A DNA stretch of 64,000 bases from Lama glama (lineage: Eukaryota): assembly GCA_028534125.1 (NCBI GenBank), contig CM052816.1, positions 49,106,001 through 49,170,000 on the forward strand, read 5' to 3'. The notes under the pieces are model-generated. The model had not been told where the DNA came from and made no database searches. It worked only from the letters and a program-made list of their open reading frames with translations. Below, piece after piece: positions 1-11,994 of this stretch. The position numbers were made by a program, and so were the translations under genes. The number at the start of each line of letters is the position of its first letter. Positions within the stretch are counted from its first letter, which is position 1.

Positions 1-48
1 CAACACTAATGAACTGTTCCCTCCCTTCTCTTTCCAGCTGTTCCCCAA

Positions 49-85
49 ACACACACACACGTGCGTGTACACACACATGCACGCA
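49..85. repeat. (CA)n/(GT/GC) mixed microsatellite
   Basis: acacacacacacgtgcgtgtacacacacatgcacgc. Confidence 0.85.
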
Positions 86-616
86 AACTACAGGATATGC
101 AAACAGTGCTACAGCCAAGAAGATCATGGTACATGACGATTGAGACAACTTTTTAAAAATGTAAATCAAGGAGATTGAAAGCTTTCAGTTTTTAATTTGT
201 AAATAGTTAATTAGCCAATTAGGTGAAAATATGCTCTTCAAATGATTTGAAAGATATCCATAACTTTGAAGCCAACTGAGAGAATATTTCTACACATACA
301 TCTCACTGTTGTAACTTCTGAAGTTTCTACAAGTGAAAATAGAATGTATTACTATTTACTTTCATACAGATTGACCATATATTGAACTAAGTTTGTTTAT
401 ATGTAGTTTTATTTTGTAATATGATTATGATTGCAAAAGTCCCTGGGAGCATATATCTTATTTATTTAATATGGGACTTTATTTGGAGAGATGACAAACA
501 TGAGGGTAGAAGAAACATTATTAATTTAATATTATTGTCATTAGGGATAAATTATGAAACATCTGTGAAACAATGTGTATCAAATTTACCCATAATATCA
601 GTACTTTCATTATGAA

Positions 617-890
617 AGTCAGTGTAGCAAACTAATTAAAAGCATGATCCTTGAAGTCACAAGAACCTGGGTTTGACTCCAGATCAAGTATGAGCTTTGT
701 GATACTCGGTTAGTCATTTGACAATTTTATACCACAGTGTCTTCAATACTATAATGGTATATTGTATCATTTAATATTTAGTTATGTAATATATAGCTTT
801 GCTGTGAGAAATAAATAAATGTATATACAGTATAATTTTGTACCACCTGGTATGTGTTAAAACTTAATAAATATGAGATACTGCTACTAA
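617..890 (+). mobile_element. MIR SINE (degenerate)
   Basis: cctgggtttgactcc B-box-like head, tgtgat...gtcatttgac core, gctgtgagaaataaat and cttaataaatatgagatact tail match the MIR layout. Confidence 0.7.
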
Positions 891-1044
891 AATTATCCTT
901 GCTAGCAATATACACAAAATCATCCAATCTTTTTCCTGTATTTTGAAAGTATAAATCTGGTAGTTATCAATTTGTATCCTATTTTTTCACTTAATCATTT
1001 TTCATTTTTACACAGAAATCACACATTTTCACATTGGTCACTTT

Positions 1045-1885
1045 TTCATTTATTTTTCCATTCTGTATTGAAAAATGATTCTTGAGTACCTACTATAGTC
1101 TGATATACTGCTAAGAGTTGAGGTTAAAATAATGAGCAAAATAAATATTGTCCCTGCCCTCCTGGGACTGACAGTCTTAAATGGAAGGAAGGCACAGATA
1201 AGAAACTCCTGCAAATGACTGTCATGTTGCAGTTGTGCCAGGTGCCCAAAGGAGAGCCACAGGGTGGTGTGATCTGTCCTCTCCATAGTGTGGTGTTTCC
1301 CCAAACTCTTGCTGAAGGGTGAACTGAAGGGTTATTAGGTTAAAGTTATGTGGGTTAAAATGACAAAACAAATAACTTCAGTAAAACCCCTGGTGGCAGA
1401 GAATATGGAGATTATGTATAATTCTTTATTTCCTTGTTTTAATCCAGAGAGCAAAGAGAATACAGTGAGGATTTTATCAGATTTTTGTTTTGAAAAGATT
1501 TTTTCACTACAGGTGAAGAACAGATTCATAGGAGCTGAGGTGTTAAAAGACCACTTGGGAAATTTAAAATAGTTCAGATGAAAATAGAGGTTAGTATGGG
1601 CTATGTTCCTAGTAAACATGACAAAAAGTATATGGCTTAGAGAAATATATGGGAGGTAACACTGATTCAGTGATGGATTAACTATGAGGGAGTCTTAGAG
1701 TGGGAGATGAAATAATGACTCGAGATTTGTGCAGATTTGTGATGATGGTGCCATTTTCTGAGCTAGGCAACACTGGATAAGGGTCAGATTTGTTCACCTT
1801 CATCAGGGGTAGTTACAAGATGCCTTGAGACATATAAGAACTATTAAGAACCATGTTATTATGGTCTTTATACTGGAGATATCTA
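1045..1885 (-). mobile_element. LINE-2 (L2) 3' fragment
   Basis: ttgagtacctactatagtctg...gtccctgccctcctgggactgacagtct is the reverse complement of the L2 3' end; also gatggtgccattttctgag further in. Confidence 0.8.
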
Positions 1886-1929
1886 ATTACTGCATTTTGT
1901 TCCATTGATTGTATACACTTCATTTTATT

Positions 1930-2195
1930 TATAATTCCTTCATTGCTGAACAGTTAAACTCTTTTTTTTCTCACTAAAATAAATAGTAAAGCTGTGATTG
2001 AACATCTTTGTGCCTTAGCTTTTTCCTTATTTCAGATTATTTATCAGGGGTAATATACTAGAAATAAAAGTCTTAGACTAAAACTTCTTTTGCATTTAAT
2101 GAATATTGCCAACTAGTTTGCCAAAATGTTGTAATTATTTACACTGTCCCTAGCAAAACATAGCTGTGCAAATTTAATTACACCCTTCTGCTCCT
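1930..2195 (-). mobile_element. ancient L1 (L1ME-like) ORF2 3' fragment
   Basis: gctgtgattgaacatctttgtg...atattgccaactagtttgccaaaatgttgtaattatttacact resembles antisense L1 ORF2 C-terminus. Confidence 0.55.
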
Positions 2196-2554
2196 GACAA
2201 GTTTGATAAACCACACCTTCTACCCCATCACAAAGTCTCTATTAAGGGAGAAAATAAACCTCTCCATATCCCACCTGAGGCCAGCCTTCTGAGATTTCTA
2301 AGTGCTTTATATTTCTTTTCCCATATTGATTAAGAATAATGCCTCTGCTGTTAAAGTAAACTCTGCTGACAGGGTGACATCACCTGTTGCATCTACTGAA
2401 CAACCACACTGAAGCAAATAGGCAGGAAAATAATACTTTATTCAAAGTCTAGGTCATCATCCTATTTAATTTCTAGTATTACTTAAAACAGTATTTTCCT
2501 TCAAAAATGCTACTTGATAAAATTAAAAATTCAAATCATTATGTAAAGAATGCT

Positions 2555-2770
2555 CCATATATATTGAATTATATGTGTTTATGAGTGTATATCTATAATT
2601 CTATATATTAGGAGAATATATATACAGATATATGTGTGTATAAAATTCTGTGTGAAAAGAAAAGATATATGTGTGAATATATAAGAAAAGATATATTCTG
2701 TGTGAATGTGTATATATATATATGTACGTGCATATAAATGTGTGTGTATATATATATGTGTATATACACA
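2555..2770. repeat. degenerate (TA/TG)n low-complexity region with repeated aagaaaagatatat / tctgtgtgaa units
   Basis: visible directly; explains the Y/I/H/T-rich ORFs at 2579-2903. Confidence 0.85.
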
Positions 2771-2779
2771 TTTTCTCCT

Positions 2780-3860
2780 GACATATAGCCCCACTTTCCA
2801 AAGGCAAATAATTTTAACATATTTTTCTACCCTTTCAAATATTTTCTTGTTTTTATTGTACAATTTTATTAACACAAAGAAATCATACTATATCTACATT
2901 TAATAACTAGCTTTTTATTTTAGATAATTATTTGATATATATTTTTATATCCTTTGTCTAGATGTTCATAATTTTTAGTGTCAGTTTCTATCCCTGGACA
3001 TGTAGGTTGTTTCCATTTGTTTTTGGCTTTTACAAAAATGGCACCATGGTCAAATTTATTCATAGATATTTACACCTGTCTAAATATATTTTAAGGATAA
3101 GTTCCTTAAAGTGAAATGGCTGAGTCAAAATGTACACATTAAAAATTTGGGTATAGCTTTATACATGTATATATATGTATATATGAATATCCCTCTTCTA
3201 AGGAAGTCCTATCAATTCAATTCTCATTTTAAAGTATGAGTATACATAGTGGTTGCTGGTAAATGTTCAACAACTGGCTCTTGGCTTTAAAAAAAAAATA
3301 ACCTTATTGATAGTGATTGACAAATTCCATGGTAAGTATCTTCTAGACAACACCAATTTCAAGCTACCAACATGCTGTCACTGAAGTCAGAGTTGGGCAA
3401 AATGAGCAAAATTAACTCTGATATCTCTAACACACCATGGATTATGCCTTCTGACAACCCCTTAACTGTGGTTGCTATCCAACTTTTAAATATTTTCCGT
3501 TTGATACATTAACAGAGCTATTTCTTTTTATTTTAATTTGCATTTATTTAATACTAAATTGATAATTTTTCATAGGTTAATTGGTTATTTAATTGGTTTA
3601 TTGTTAGCTGTGTGCTTCTGTCTTATGCTTCATTTATATGGGACTATCCATCTCTCTATTGTTAATTTGAACCACTTCTTTCTGTAGTAAGAAAACATCC
3701 CTTTTCTTAGAAGTTGTCAATATTTGTCTCACTTGTCATTTGTCTTTTAACTTTTATTGTGATTTTGTATTTGCATGTGGCAGAGTTTTTAATTTTTATG
3801 AAATCAAATGTATTAATCTTTTTTTTAGGCATTCAAATTTATAATAATTAGAAATGTATA
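2780..3860 (-). mobile_element. ancient L1 (L1ME-like) 3' fragment, interrupted by MER63
   Basis: ggacatgtaggttgtttccattt, ttttaatttgcatttattt, tcatttgtcttttaacttt and tttttaatttttatgaaatcaaat are antisense L1 ORF2 motifs. Confidence 0.7.
3247..3439 (-). mobile_element. MER63-like hAT-Blackjack MITE
   Basis: tagtggttgctggtaaatgttcaacaactggctct...atttcaagctaccaacatgctgtcactgaa...gagttggg...aacacacca, with degenerate TIRs. Confidence 0.75.
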
Positions 3861-5305
3861 CATAGCTAAATTACTGTATTTGGGTATCCGTTTTCTTAAC
3901 TGTTAAGTAGGACCTGATGGCTATAAGATATTTCTTCCCAGTTCGAATACTATATCTTTTAAAACATTTTTGCTTCGGTCCCTTAAAGCTGAATTATTTT
4001 TCTGAGAATCAATTCTTACAGAAAAATTTCACTCAGTGAAATAATTCACCATTCACTAGCAATATGCTTAAGAACAAACCTTCAGTTGTATCCTATTCCT
4101 ATTTCTTGCCAAATGTATTAGTATGTGGAAAATTCCCAACCAAATGACTAGGTTCTTTCTGAAAGTGAGAGCAGTGCCCGTTTTGTGGTTCTAACAGGGA
4201 GTATGGGGGGTGTCTTCTAGTGGGGGGATGGGTTTTTCCTCATGGGTATGTTTCTATTTGTATTTATGAAATCTCACCAAATAATTCTTCTCATGTATTT
4301 GTGTATTCTCTAACTTTTCCTCATAACTTGCCTATATTTTTTCATAAAACAAAGACAAGTACAGATGTAAACATAAGCAACTTTCAAGTCATGATTTCTT
4401 ACCAGTTGAAGATGAGCTGTTGTAAGTAATATAGATATACGACCCGTAATCTTTTCTTTATCTTCAAATTCATACTTCATTTTTCTTCCAGGATATTAGG
4501 ATCAGAGGACTTTAGATGCAAGATAATGGACTAGATTACACCACATTAGGATACAAGCAGACCAGAAAAATGTGTGTGTGTGCGTGTGTAATTTAGCTGC
4601 AGTCTTTTCTCATCCTGCAAACTGGTTGTGTCTGAAAATGCTGCTCATAAATTTGGAATTTAAAATGTATTTAGTATTTAAAAATATGAGGATCCCAGGT
4701 GAATTCTTAAATTTCTATTTAACAGATTAAGTACCTAAAAGAAACACTAAAGGAATGATAAGGAACAGAATGTGGATCCTGGGAATCAAGCCACAGTAGT
4801 TAGAAGACTTCTTCCCTCTTATCTCTTCTATTGCTATTCTCATTGTTACTGCTCAAGGTTATTGAGGGCTGCAGTTATAGAAAAGGAATGATGAAGAGGT
4901 TTATTAGCAGTAAGAAGAAATGGAGAAATACAAGTCAAGTCCTTTACATATTCATTCTACCTCAGGGCTCTGAGTCAGCGACAGGCAGATGTAGTATTCC
5001 AAAATAGTGATGCGTTTCTTTCCTTTCTTCTTTGTTCCTTATGTCTCCCTCTTCTATCTCTCTGCTCATATCTTAGCACATCAGATCCAAATTCTGATAA
5101 TATGGCCTTATAGCAAGGTAGGAAGGAAGAACCAGGCTAGTGTATATGTGATGGTTGTAGGGTAAGAAACTGTGTCTGATGGGGAGAGAACTATAGTAAT
5201 TAGGGAAAAGCTGAGGGATAAACAGAGATTCTGCAAAATGAAGTGGTGGCGAGACAAGTAGCTCCTTTTGGGTAGGGCATGAAAGTGGGTGTTTCCAAAA
5301 GCTTT

Positions 5306-6304
5306 AAAAAAACTTATGTTTTTTAACAGAAGATTCACAATAAAACTAAGAGGCAGGTGAAAGATTCTCCATATACCTCCTGCCCCTGCACATGCATATC
5401 TTCCACCATTATCAACATCCCCTATTAAAGTAGTACATTGTTATCATTGGTGAACTTACATTGACACATCATAATCACTCAGAGTGCAGAATTTATATTA
5501 TGATTCAGTCCTGCCTGGTGTTCTATACATTTTGTAAGTTTGGACAGTGGGGAGGGTATAGCTCAAGTGATATGCTTGGCATACATGAGGTCTGGGTTCA
5601 ATCCCCAGTACCTCCTCTAAAAATAAATAAGTAAACCTGATTCCCCCCCCCAAATATGTATGTGAGTTTAGACAAATGTATAATTAAATGTATCCAACAT
5701 ATGATATCATGAAGAATAGGTTCACTGCGCTAAAAAATCCTCTTTGCTCTGCTACTCATCCTTCTTTTCCCTTAACTCTTTGCAACTACTGACCTTCTTA
5801 TTCTGTTCATAGTTTTGCCTTTTATAAAATGTCATGTAGTAGGAATCATACAGTATATAGCCCTTTGAGATTGGCTTCTTAATTTAGTAATATCTCTGTA
5901 AGGCTCCTCCACGTCTTTGCATGGCTTGATACCTCATTTCTTTTCATTGCTGAGTAATATTGCATTTTATGATGTACCATAGTGTATCCATTCACCTGCT
6001 GAAAGATATCTTGGTTGCCTCCAAGTTTTGGAAATTATCAGTAAAGATACTGTACACATCTACATGCAGATTTGTGTATGGACCTAAGTTTCCAATTCCT
6101 TTGGATAAACACCAAGAAACGTAATTGTTGAATTATATATTGAGTGTGTTTAATTTTGTAAGAAACCACCAAAATGTTTTCTAAAGTGGCTGTATCATTT
6201 TGCATTCCCACCAGCACTGAAAGAGTGTTCCTGTTGCTCCAAATCCTTGTCAGCATTTGGTGTTGTCAGTGTTCTGGATTTTGGCCATTGTTTTAAGTGT
6301 GTAG
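5306..6304 (-). mobile_element. L1MC1-like 5'-truncated LINE-1 (3'UTR plus ORF2 end)
   Basis: acattgacacatcataatcac and ttcactgcgctaaaaaatcctct 3'UTR motifs; ORF 6038-6256 is ORF2-derived; candidate TSD ccaaaagcttt at 5295-5305 and 6305-6315. Confidence 0.85.
5547..5660 (+). mobile_element. tRNA-derived SINE (camelid Vic-1-like) nested in L1MC
   Basis: ggggagggtatagctcaagtg (A-box), ggttcaatccc (B-box), A-rich tail; TSD tgtaagtttggaca (5533-5546) vs tgtgagtttagaca (5661-5674), 2 mismatches. Confidence 0.85.
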
Positions 6305-6629
6305 CCAAAAGCTTTTAAATGTTATGAAATATGACTAATGGTTTTTAAGAGCATTGATTAAGTAGTAATAGCACTGATGAGGCAAATCTGTGATTTTACG
6401 TCAAACCACACGTTTTTCTATTGGTGTTTTTGTCTTCAATAGCAGCATGTTACTAAATGGAGTAAATTTATAGAACTTAGAACCTTAAAATCTTTGAGTT
6501 TTGTACAATCTTACCAAATTCAGGAATCTCCTCTAAAAATACATTAAAGTCAGTGGTACAGACTGATTGCATGATTTTATTCATGAGATACCTTCTCTGC
6601 AGGGATCATTCTCTCAGTAGCAACAAGGG

Positions 6630-6862
6630 AGACAGTGAAGTAAGTGTTTGAGCATATGGGCTCTGGACAGATTGTTTTGTTCCTGCCAGCAGGATCTTAG
6701 ACAAGACATTTAACTTCCTTTATATTTCAGTCTCCTCACCCCCGAAAACAGGCAAAATAATAGAATATTTTAATTATTGAATTACAGAAAATGCATGTAA
6801 GGTGATTAGGACATGCTGGTCCCTACCCAAATCTTGGTAAATTTCAGTTGTTATTATTATTA
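6630..6862 (+). mobile_element. MIR SINE
   Basis: gggctctggacagattg...atcttagacaagacatttaacttc...tcagtctcctcac...gcatgtaaggtgattagg...ttgttattattat. Confidence 0.7.
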
Positions 6863-8623
6863 AATATAATTAGATGGAAAATGGCATTTACTGAGCTAAA
6901 ATGTTTACACTTGAAGTCCAACTAATTTCTCTTAAGATTGTCCAGGCTTGTTAACAAAGGATGGAAAGGAGATCTGTTTAGTATTTCATGACTATACTAC
7001 TACCTTTCTCTTTTAATCTTGTTCTAAATTTAAATTACAAAGTTTTCACCTTTAAGGTTCATTACCAATCACCTACATACTTGATTTATATACATGTATT
7101 ATCAAAGTAGGATGTGCCTCCAACCTGTTCTCCAGTACTGGAATATCTTTGAGGCTGTTTGTGAAATGTAGTGAATACAGAGGTCAGTGCCATAGGTATT
7201 GTGCCCAAAGTTAAGCACACAGTATGAAAAATCATCACTCCACTCCTTACGTAATTCATTTTCTTCCTCTCATTATAACAATTTCCACTTTTAAAAAATG
7301 AGGGAAAAGTGTTAGTAAGAAAAATCACAAGGTATAAGGTATTCATGCTTTTCATGATAGAGCAATCTCATTTTGTTGATTTTTACTTTCTCATACAGAC
7401 TCATGATTTGCCATGATAATTCACAACATTTGATCACTCAGCAATTACAGTGCCACCAGTAAAGCACTACATACAACTGATCCTGGGGTAGTGTTGGAAA
7501 GTAGATGTAGCCTTACAAATAGCCAGTCTATATTACCTAATCAGTATATCACACGTATGGTGATGGAGATTCTAGTCAGTCATAAACAGCAAATAGGAAG
7601 AATAATAACTCTAATGCTAATTATACCCAGTGTATATGGATGTTTTTCTTGTGATAGAAGATTCCAGAAGGGAGTGAGACATAAGTCTCACTAAGTGCCT
7701 TTCATCTCTTCCAGTAGGAACAACAGCTTGCCTTTGTCACAGACATAATTTATGACTACAATTGGCAAGACTATAAATATGTCACATCTCCTGAATGTTA
7801 TCGAGACCATTTTCTCATTGGCCACATGTTACTAATTGTACTTAGGTCTCCTTGGAAATTCTATATGAAAACTAAGAAGATGTTTGAAAAATCTTTAAAA
7901 TGTGTTCACTTGCCACTAGCTCACTAAATTTTAATTTGAAATTACAAATTAGAACCAAAAATTATGCTTCCAGTTTTTTTTTTTAAACAGATCAAAACTC
8001 TCCCTAGTGAAACTTTAAGACCTTCAAGGGTGAGCAATGGTGTTCTTAGGTGATAGTTTATAAGAATCTGACACGATGTATAATGAATGACAGACAGTTC
8101 TTAAAAGACTTGACACTTTTTTTAGGAATTATCACAGAGCCACACATTTATTGTAACTATGATGCTTTTTTTTAAGGCTAGGCTATGCTCTTATCCCTTT
8201 TATCTTTCTTTGTAGCAGAATTTAAGGGTCCAACTTTGTACCATTAGTTCTCAAAAGATGACACCTTCCAATCTATCCTTTGGATTTCTTCTTCCAGCAG
8301 TTGGTGTGGTTTATGACAATGATTTCCCAAAACTTTTCTTTGGTTACCCTCAAAGATAGGCATAAAGGACTCATTCGTTTTATGCACTTTACTATATTTT
8401 CTAAGGAAAAACTAATGGGAATTCTAATAAATGGAATAGTAAAAGTACACAAGTCATAAATAAAAATGTCCAAGTAATGAGACAGTGCTTTTACATAACC
8501 CCTTCACTTAAGAACAATTTTATGTATCATTGATTTTTTTTCTTTAATATGAGGTTCTGAATTTGAGTTCTGTGTCTGCCAAAAATATTTTTTTTCCAAA
8601 TCTTGGACATTAAAAAGCATAAT

Positions 8624-9016
8624 TGACCAAAGTCCAGGCTTCTGGATTTTGAGATCTACCTACATTTTTGAGTTGAGATATTCTCCCCATGTTGATGACT
8701 AAGCATGGCTGGGATACTGAGGCAAGCTCATTCATTCCTGGGAGATAAGGAATTCCTCTGTCAGGCAACTTGGCCTTAAAGATTTCCCAACAGCCTTGCT
8801 GAACACCCTAGGACTCCCTGCAGTCTAAGACTCCTCTCCCCACCTTCCTTCCTTCCCTCTCAGTTTCACAAGAATCAGAGCTACATTGTCATCTAGTAGC
8901 TGTCCCAGCACCACCTTCCTTCTTGCCCTTTTAATTTGGCCACACAATCATTTTGTCAAATAAATCTTTTTTTCCCCATATTGAAATCTGCTTCTCAGAA
9001 GACCTAAACTTATACA
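8624..9016 (+). mobile_element. ERVL solo LTR (LTR16/LTR40-like)
   Basis: cattcctgggagata...ctgcagtctaagactc...aataaatc...tctgcttctcagaagacctaaacttataca terminus ending in CA. Confidence 0.7.
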
Positions 9017-10359
9017 ACTGCCCATGAGAATGTGTCTCATTCCATCACTGGGGAAAAAAAAAAAAAAGAAGAAGAACAATAATTTAGATAAAACACATGT
9101 AAGAAGGAGTAAATATGAAAAAAAAAAGTCAACAGGATATTTTATTAGAAATGAATAATATTTAACATAAATTTTCTTAGGAAAAGGGATTGTGGTTATA
9201 AATTAAATATTCTAGTAAATATTTGCATTTATTGAGTTTTATAGATCATACATGTATATAAGTAAGTTGTAGTTTAGAAAAGGTTTATTAATACCTAGTT
9301 GATAATTTCATAGCAATCTTTATAGAACCTAAAGGCACATTTAAAGAGACATAAAATTATTTGTCCTTTTCCTTAAGGAATGTGCTCAGAATGCCTCAAG
9401 TTAAGAGGAATTAAAAGTGCCCCTAAAATTTACAGGTTTCACTATCACAGATTCTGTCTTTGTTCTGTGACTTCTGCTACCTTAACTAATCTACACTATT
9501 TTTCCAGCTAAAATTTTTTTTTTATCTGAGTTGTGAACTGTTTGGAAACAGGGAGAGAAGCAAAAATTGACAAACCACAATAAAGTGATATCCTATCAGG
9601 AAGGTTTAAAACCATTCTACCTTCTGTTTCAATTACCAGTGACAAGCTAGGCATAAAACATGTCATAAGAAATATCATTTACTGGATTAATTTGTCTCAC
9701 CTCTGTTGAAAAACAACAGTCCATAGCAGGATTCTGATATTTGTTGCTTCGAGAAAATGCAAATCAAACTGTCCTAGTTCCAAGCATATTTATAATCCTC
9801 AAATTAAAATGTTAGTTAATACACAAGATGTTATGACAACTAACATGAAGTTGAAAACAGAAAAGGGACGGTTTAATGATCCAATCACTTATGATTGCAA
9901 TAAGTAATGTACAATAATATTCTATAATACAGTTAAATTGTGGGCTTCTAAAAAAGTATAGGAATTCCTCTCAGATTATAGAAAAATACAGCAATGATGA
10001 AATGAAAAGTAATTCCAAGAAAGAGAGATTAAAATGAAGAAATGAAAAAAATCTAGGAGAACTAGAGATGTGTATCTGGAGAAATTAAATAAATTTAATT
10101 GGTTGGAGCCAAAGTTCATGAAGAGTGTTTTTACGAATAATATTGAAAAAGGTAGCTAAGTATGACTCATGGAAGATGTTGAAATTACTGTAAATAGTGT
10201 ATTTCTTTTTGTTTAAACCAGTGTTTCCAACTGGTATATAAGGAGGTACACACTGAAGGCCCAGTAAAGGGGACAGTCTCAAGGAATTCACTTTGGTTGA
10301 ATGTTTCTGAGAGCTCAAGAGGGAAAGTCTGAGGAAAGGGATTCAATTCCATGAATAGT

Positions 10360-10592
10360 CATACCATTTATCATTTACCTGTGCCAACAATTGCAGAAGT
10401 AGTCTCCCTTCATTCATCTTATCTAATTATCATAGTAACCATATGAGTTAAATATGATCAAGTTCATTTTGCTGGTGAGGAATGGCAGCTTAGTGGGACT
10501 GAGTAATTGTTTTAGTCATATGTTGAGTAGCAGGACTGAGATGCAAACACAGATCTGTAGGACTTCAAAGCCTATTTTTTAACCATTGCACT
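10360..10592 (-). mobile_element. MIR SINE
   Basis: cattttgctggtgaggaa...ggactgagatgcaaacacagatctgtaggacttcaaagcctattttttaaccattgc. Confidence 0.75.
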
Positions 10593-11649
10593 TGTTCCAC
10601 AGAATGTATGACTTTATACAAAATTTACATGAGATAATTAAGGAGTTAAGAAGTGAATAAGTGGTCAGAAAATAAAGCAACTAGAAAATAACTTTTGAGA
10701 GGCTTTGGGGTTAGTAAGGAAATGGAGGAAAGCTTGAGAAATGAAAGGATCAAAGTCTTTTGATTGTTGTGGTTTGCAGAGTGTGCGTGATTCTAATGTC
10801 TCGAGTCTTGCTTTTTTAGTACACGTTGCCTATTTTCTGCCCATTTTAAATATCCACGAAGTTTAATATAAGCCATTGCCTTCCCCTTGCCTGTTTTACA
10901 TTATTTTAGTTGACATTTAAGAACATCTTTGTATCTTAATCAGGGCCTTCTCATCTTTTACTAGAAACTGAGGGTTGGGGTTTTATATTTTCTTTATTAT
11001 CTAATTTCAAGTAATGCAATTTGGGGCAAGATACATTGTCTTTCTTCCTTAAAAAGAATAACACAGTAAAATAAGTATGAGGGTTTTTGGTACAGATAGT
11101 TTTGTTTGTTTGTTTGTTTTTTAAAACATAAGCTCTAATGTCAGTGGGAATTTTCAGCAACTAACAAAAGCAATAAAACTGAAAGGAGAAATCTTCTGAA
11201 GAAGACTCATGAGGAGGAGGAGGAACTAGAGGAGGAAACTGAGGCTTACAAGGGAGAATAATGCCATTTGGGGAACGTGAGGGCTGAGGCCAAAAACTGT
11301 GGGAGCTAAGATCCAAACTTGTCACGGTGTCCTGTTACCAGTCAGTACTTATCCCAAGCCAGGGTGCCTATGTACAAGCAAGTAAATCTCCAGCATTGGT
11401 GCAGTTTGGGGTTCCGTAACTTATCCAGTTCTACCAAAATGCAGCAGGAAGAACCTCCTGCAACCACAGGAAAGGAATATTCCAAATATCCAGTAAGGTT
11501 TGTGGCCTTAACCTCTTTCATCGTTGTACCTGCTTCTCTCCCAAAGAATCTGGAACGTACAGCAATGTAAACACACTTTGAGGAAAGACCCAATGTTTTT
11601 GAAAGTTAATAGGGTAGGAATTAGATGCAATACTTAAGAAAATATAATG

Positions 11650-11994
11650 TTTAAAAAAATCTTACATTGTTTAACACAAAAAAACTTTATTTTTACTAAG
11701 CAGTCCAGTGCTGTTACTCCTGATAGGAGACTCTCCTCCAAGGGCTTTTTGAGAGATCTGGCCATTTGTGGCTTCAAGGTCGCCATGGGCCTCTACGTGA
11801 AGCCACGCAGGGGAAAACACAGATGATGGTGTAGGCAAGAGAGATTTTTATGGGTGTGGTCTAGAAGTAGTATTTTTTACTCTTACCCATAACTCTGCCT
11901 AACACATGCTACACCTAAATGCAAAGGATGCTGGTACGTATGTGGCCAGAACAAAGGGACTGAATTTGGCAATCAGCTGCTAGTTGCTGCCACT
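11650..11994 (-). mobile_element. MaLR solo LTR (MLT1J/K-like)
   Basis: acatgctacacctaaatgcaaaggatgctgg...ttgctgccac matches the antisense 5' end of old MLT1 LTRs. Confidence 0.6.

Noticed and set aside
2579..2903. Four overlapping ORFs rich in Y/I/H/T
   Set aside because: Artefact of (TA/TG)n low complexity
7110..7215. Plus-strand frame KCSEYRGQCHRYCAQS with beta-defensin-like C-x6-C-x3-C spacing
   Set aside because: A stop follows immediately; the remaining cysteines, a signal peptide and a convincing acceptor are missing
11157..11262. Acidic frame ATNKSNKTERRNLLKKTHEEEEELEEETEAYKGE* after ttttcag
   Set aside because: Weak polypyrimidine tract, driven by a (GAG)n run, and no recognisable homology
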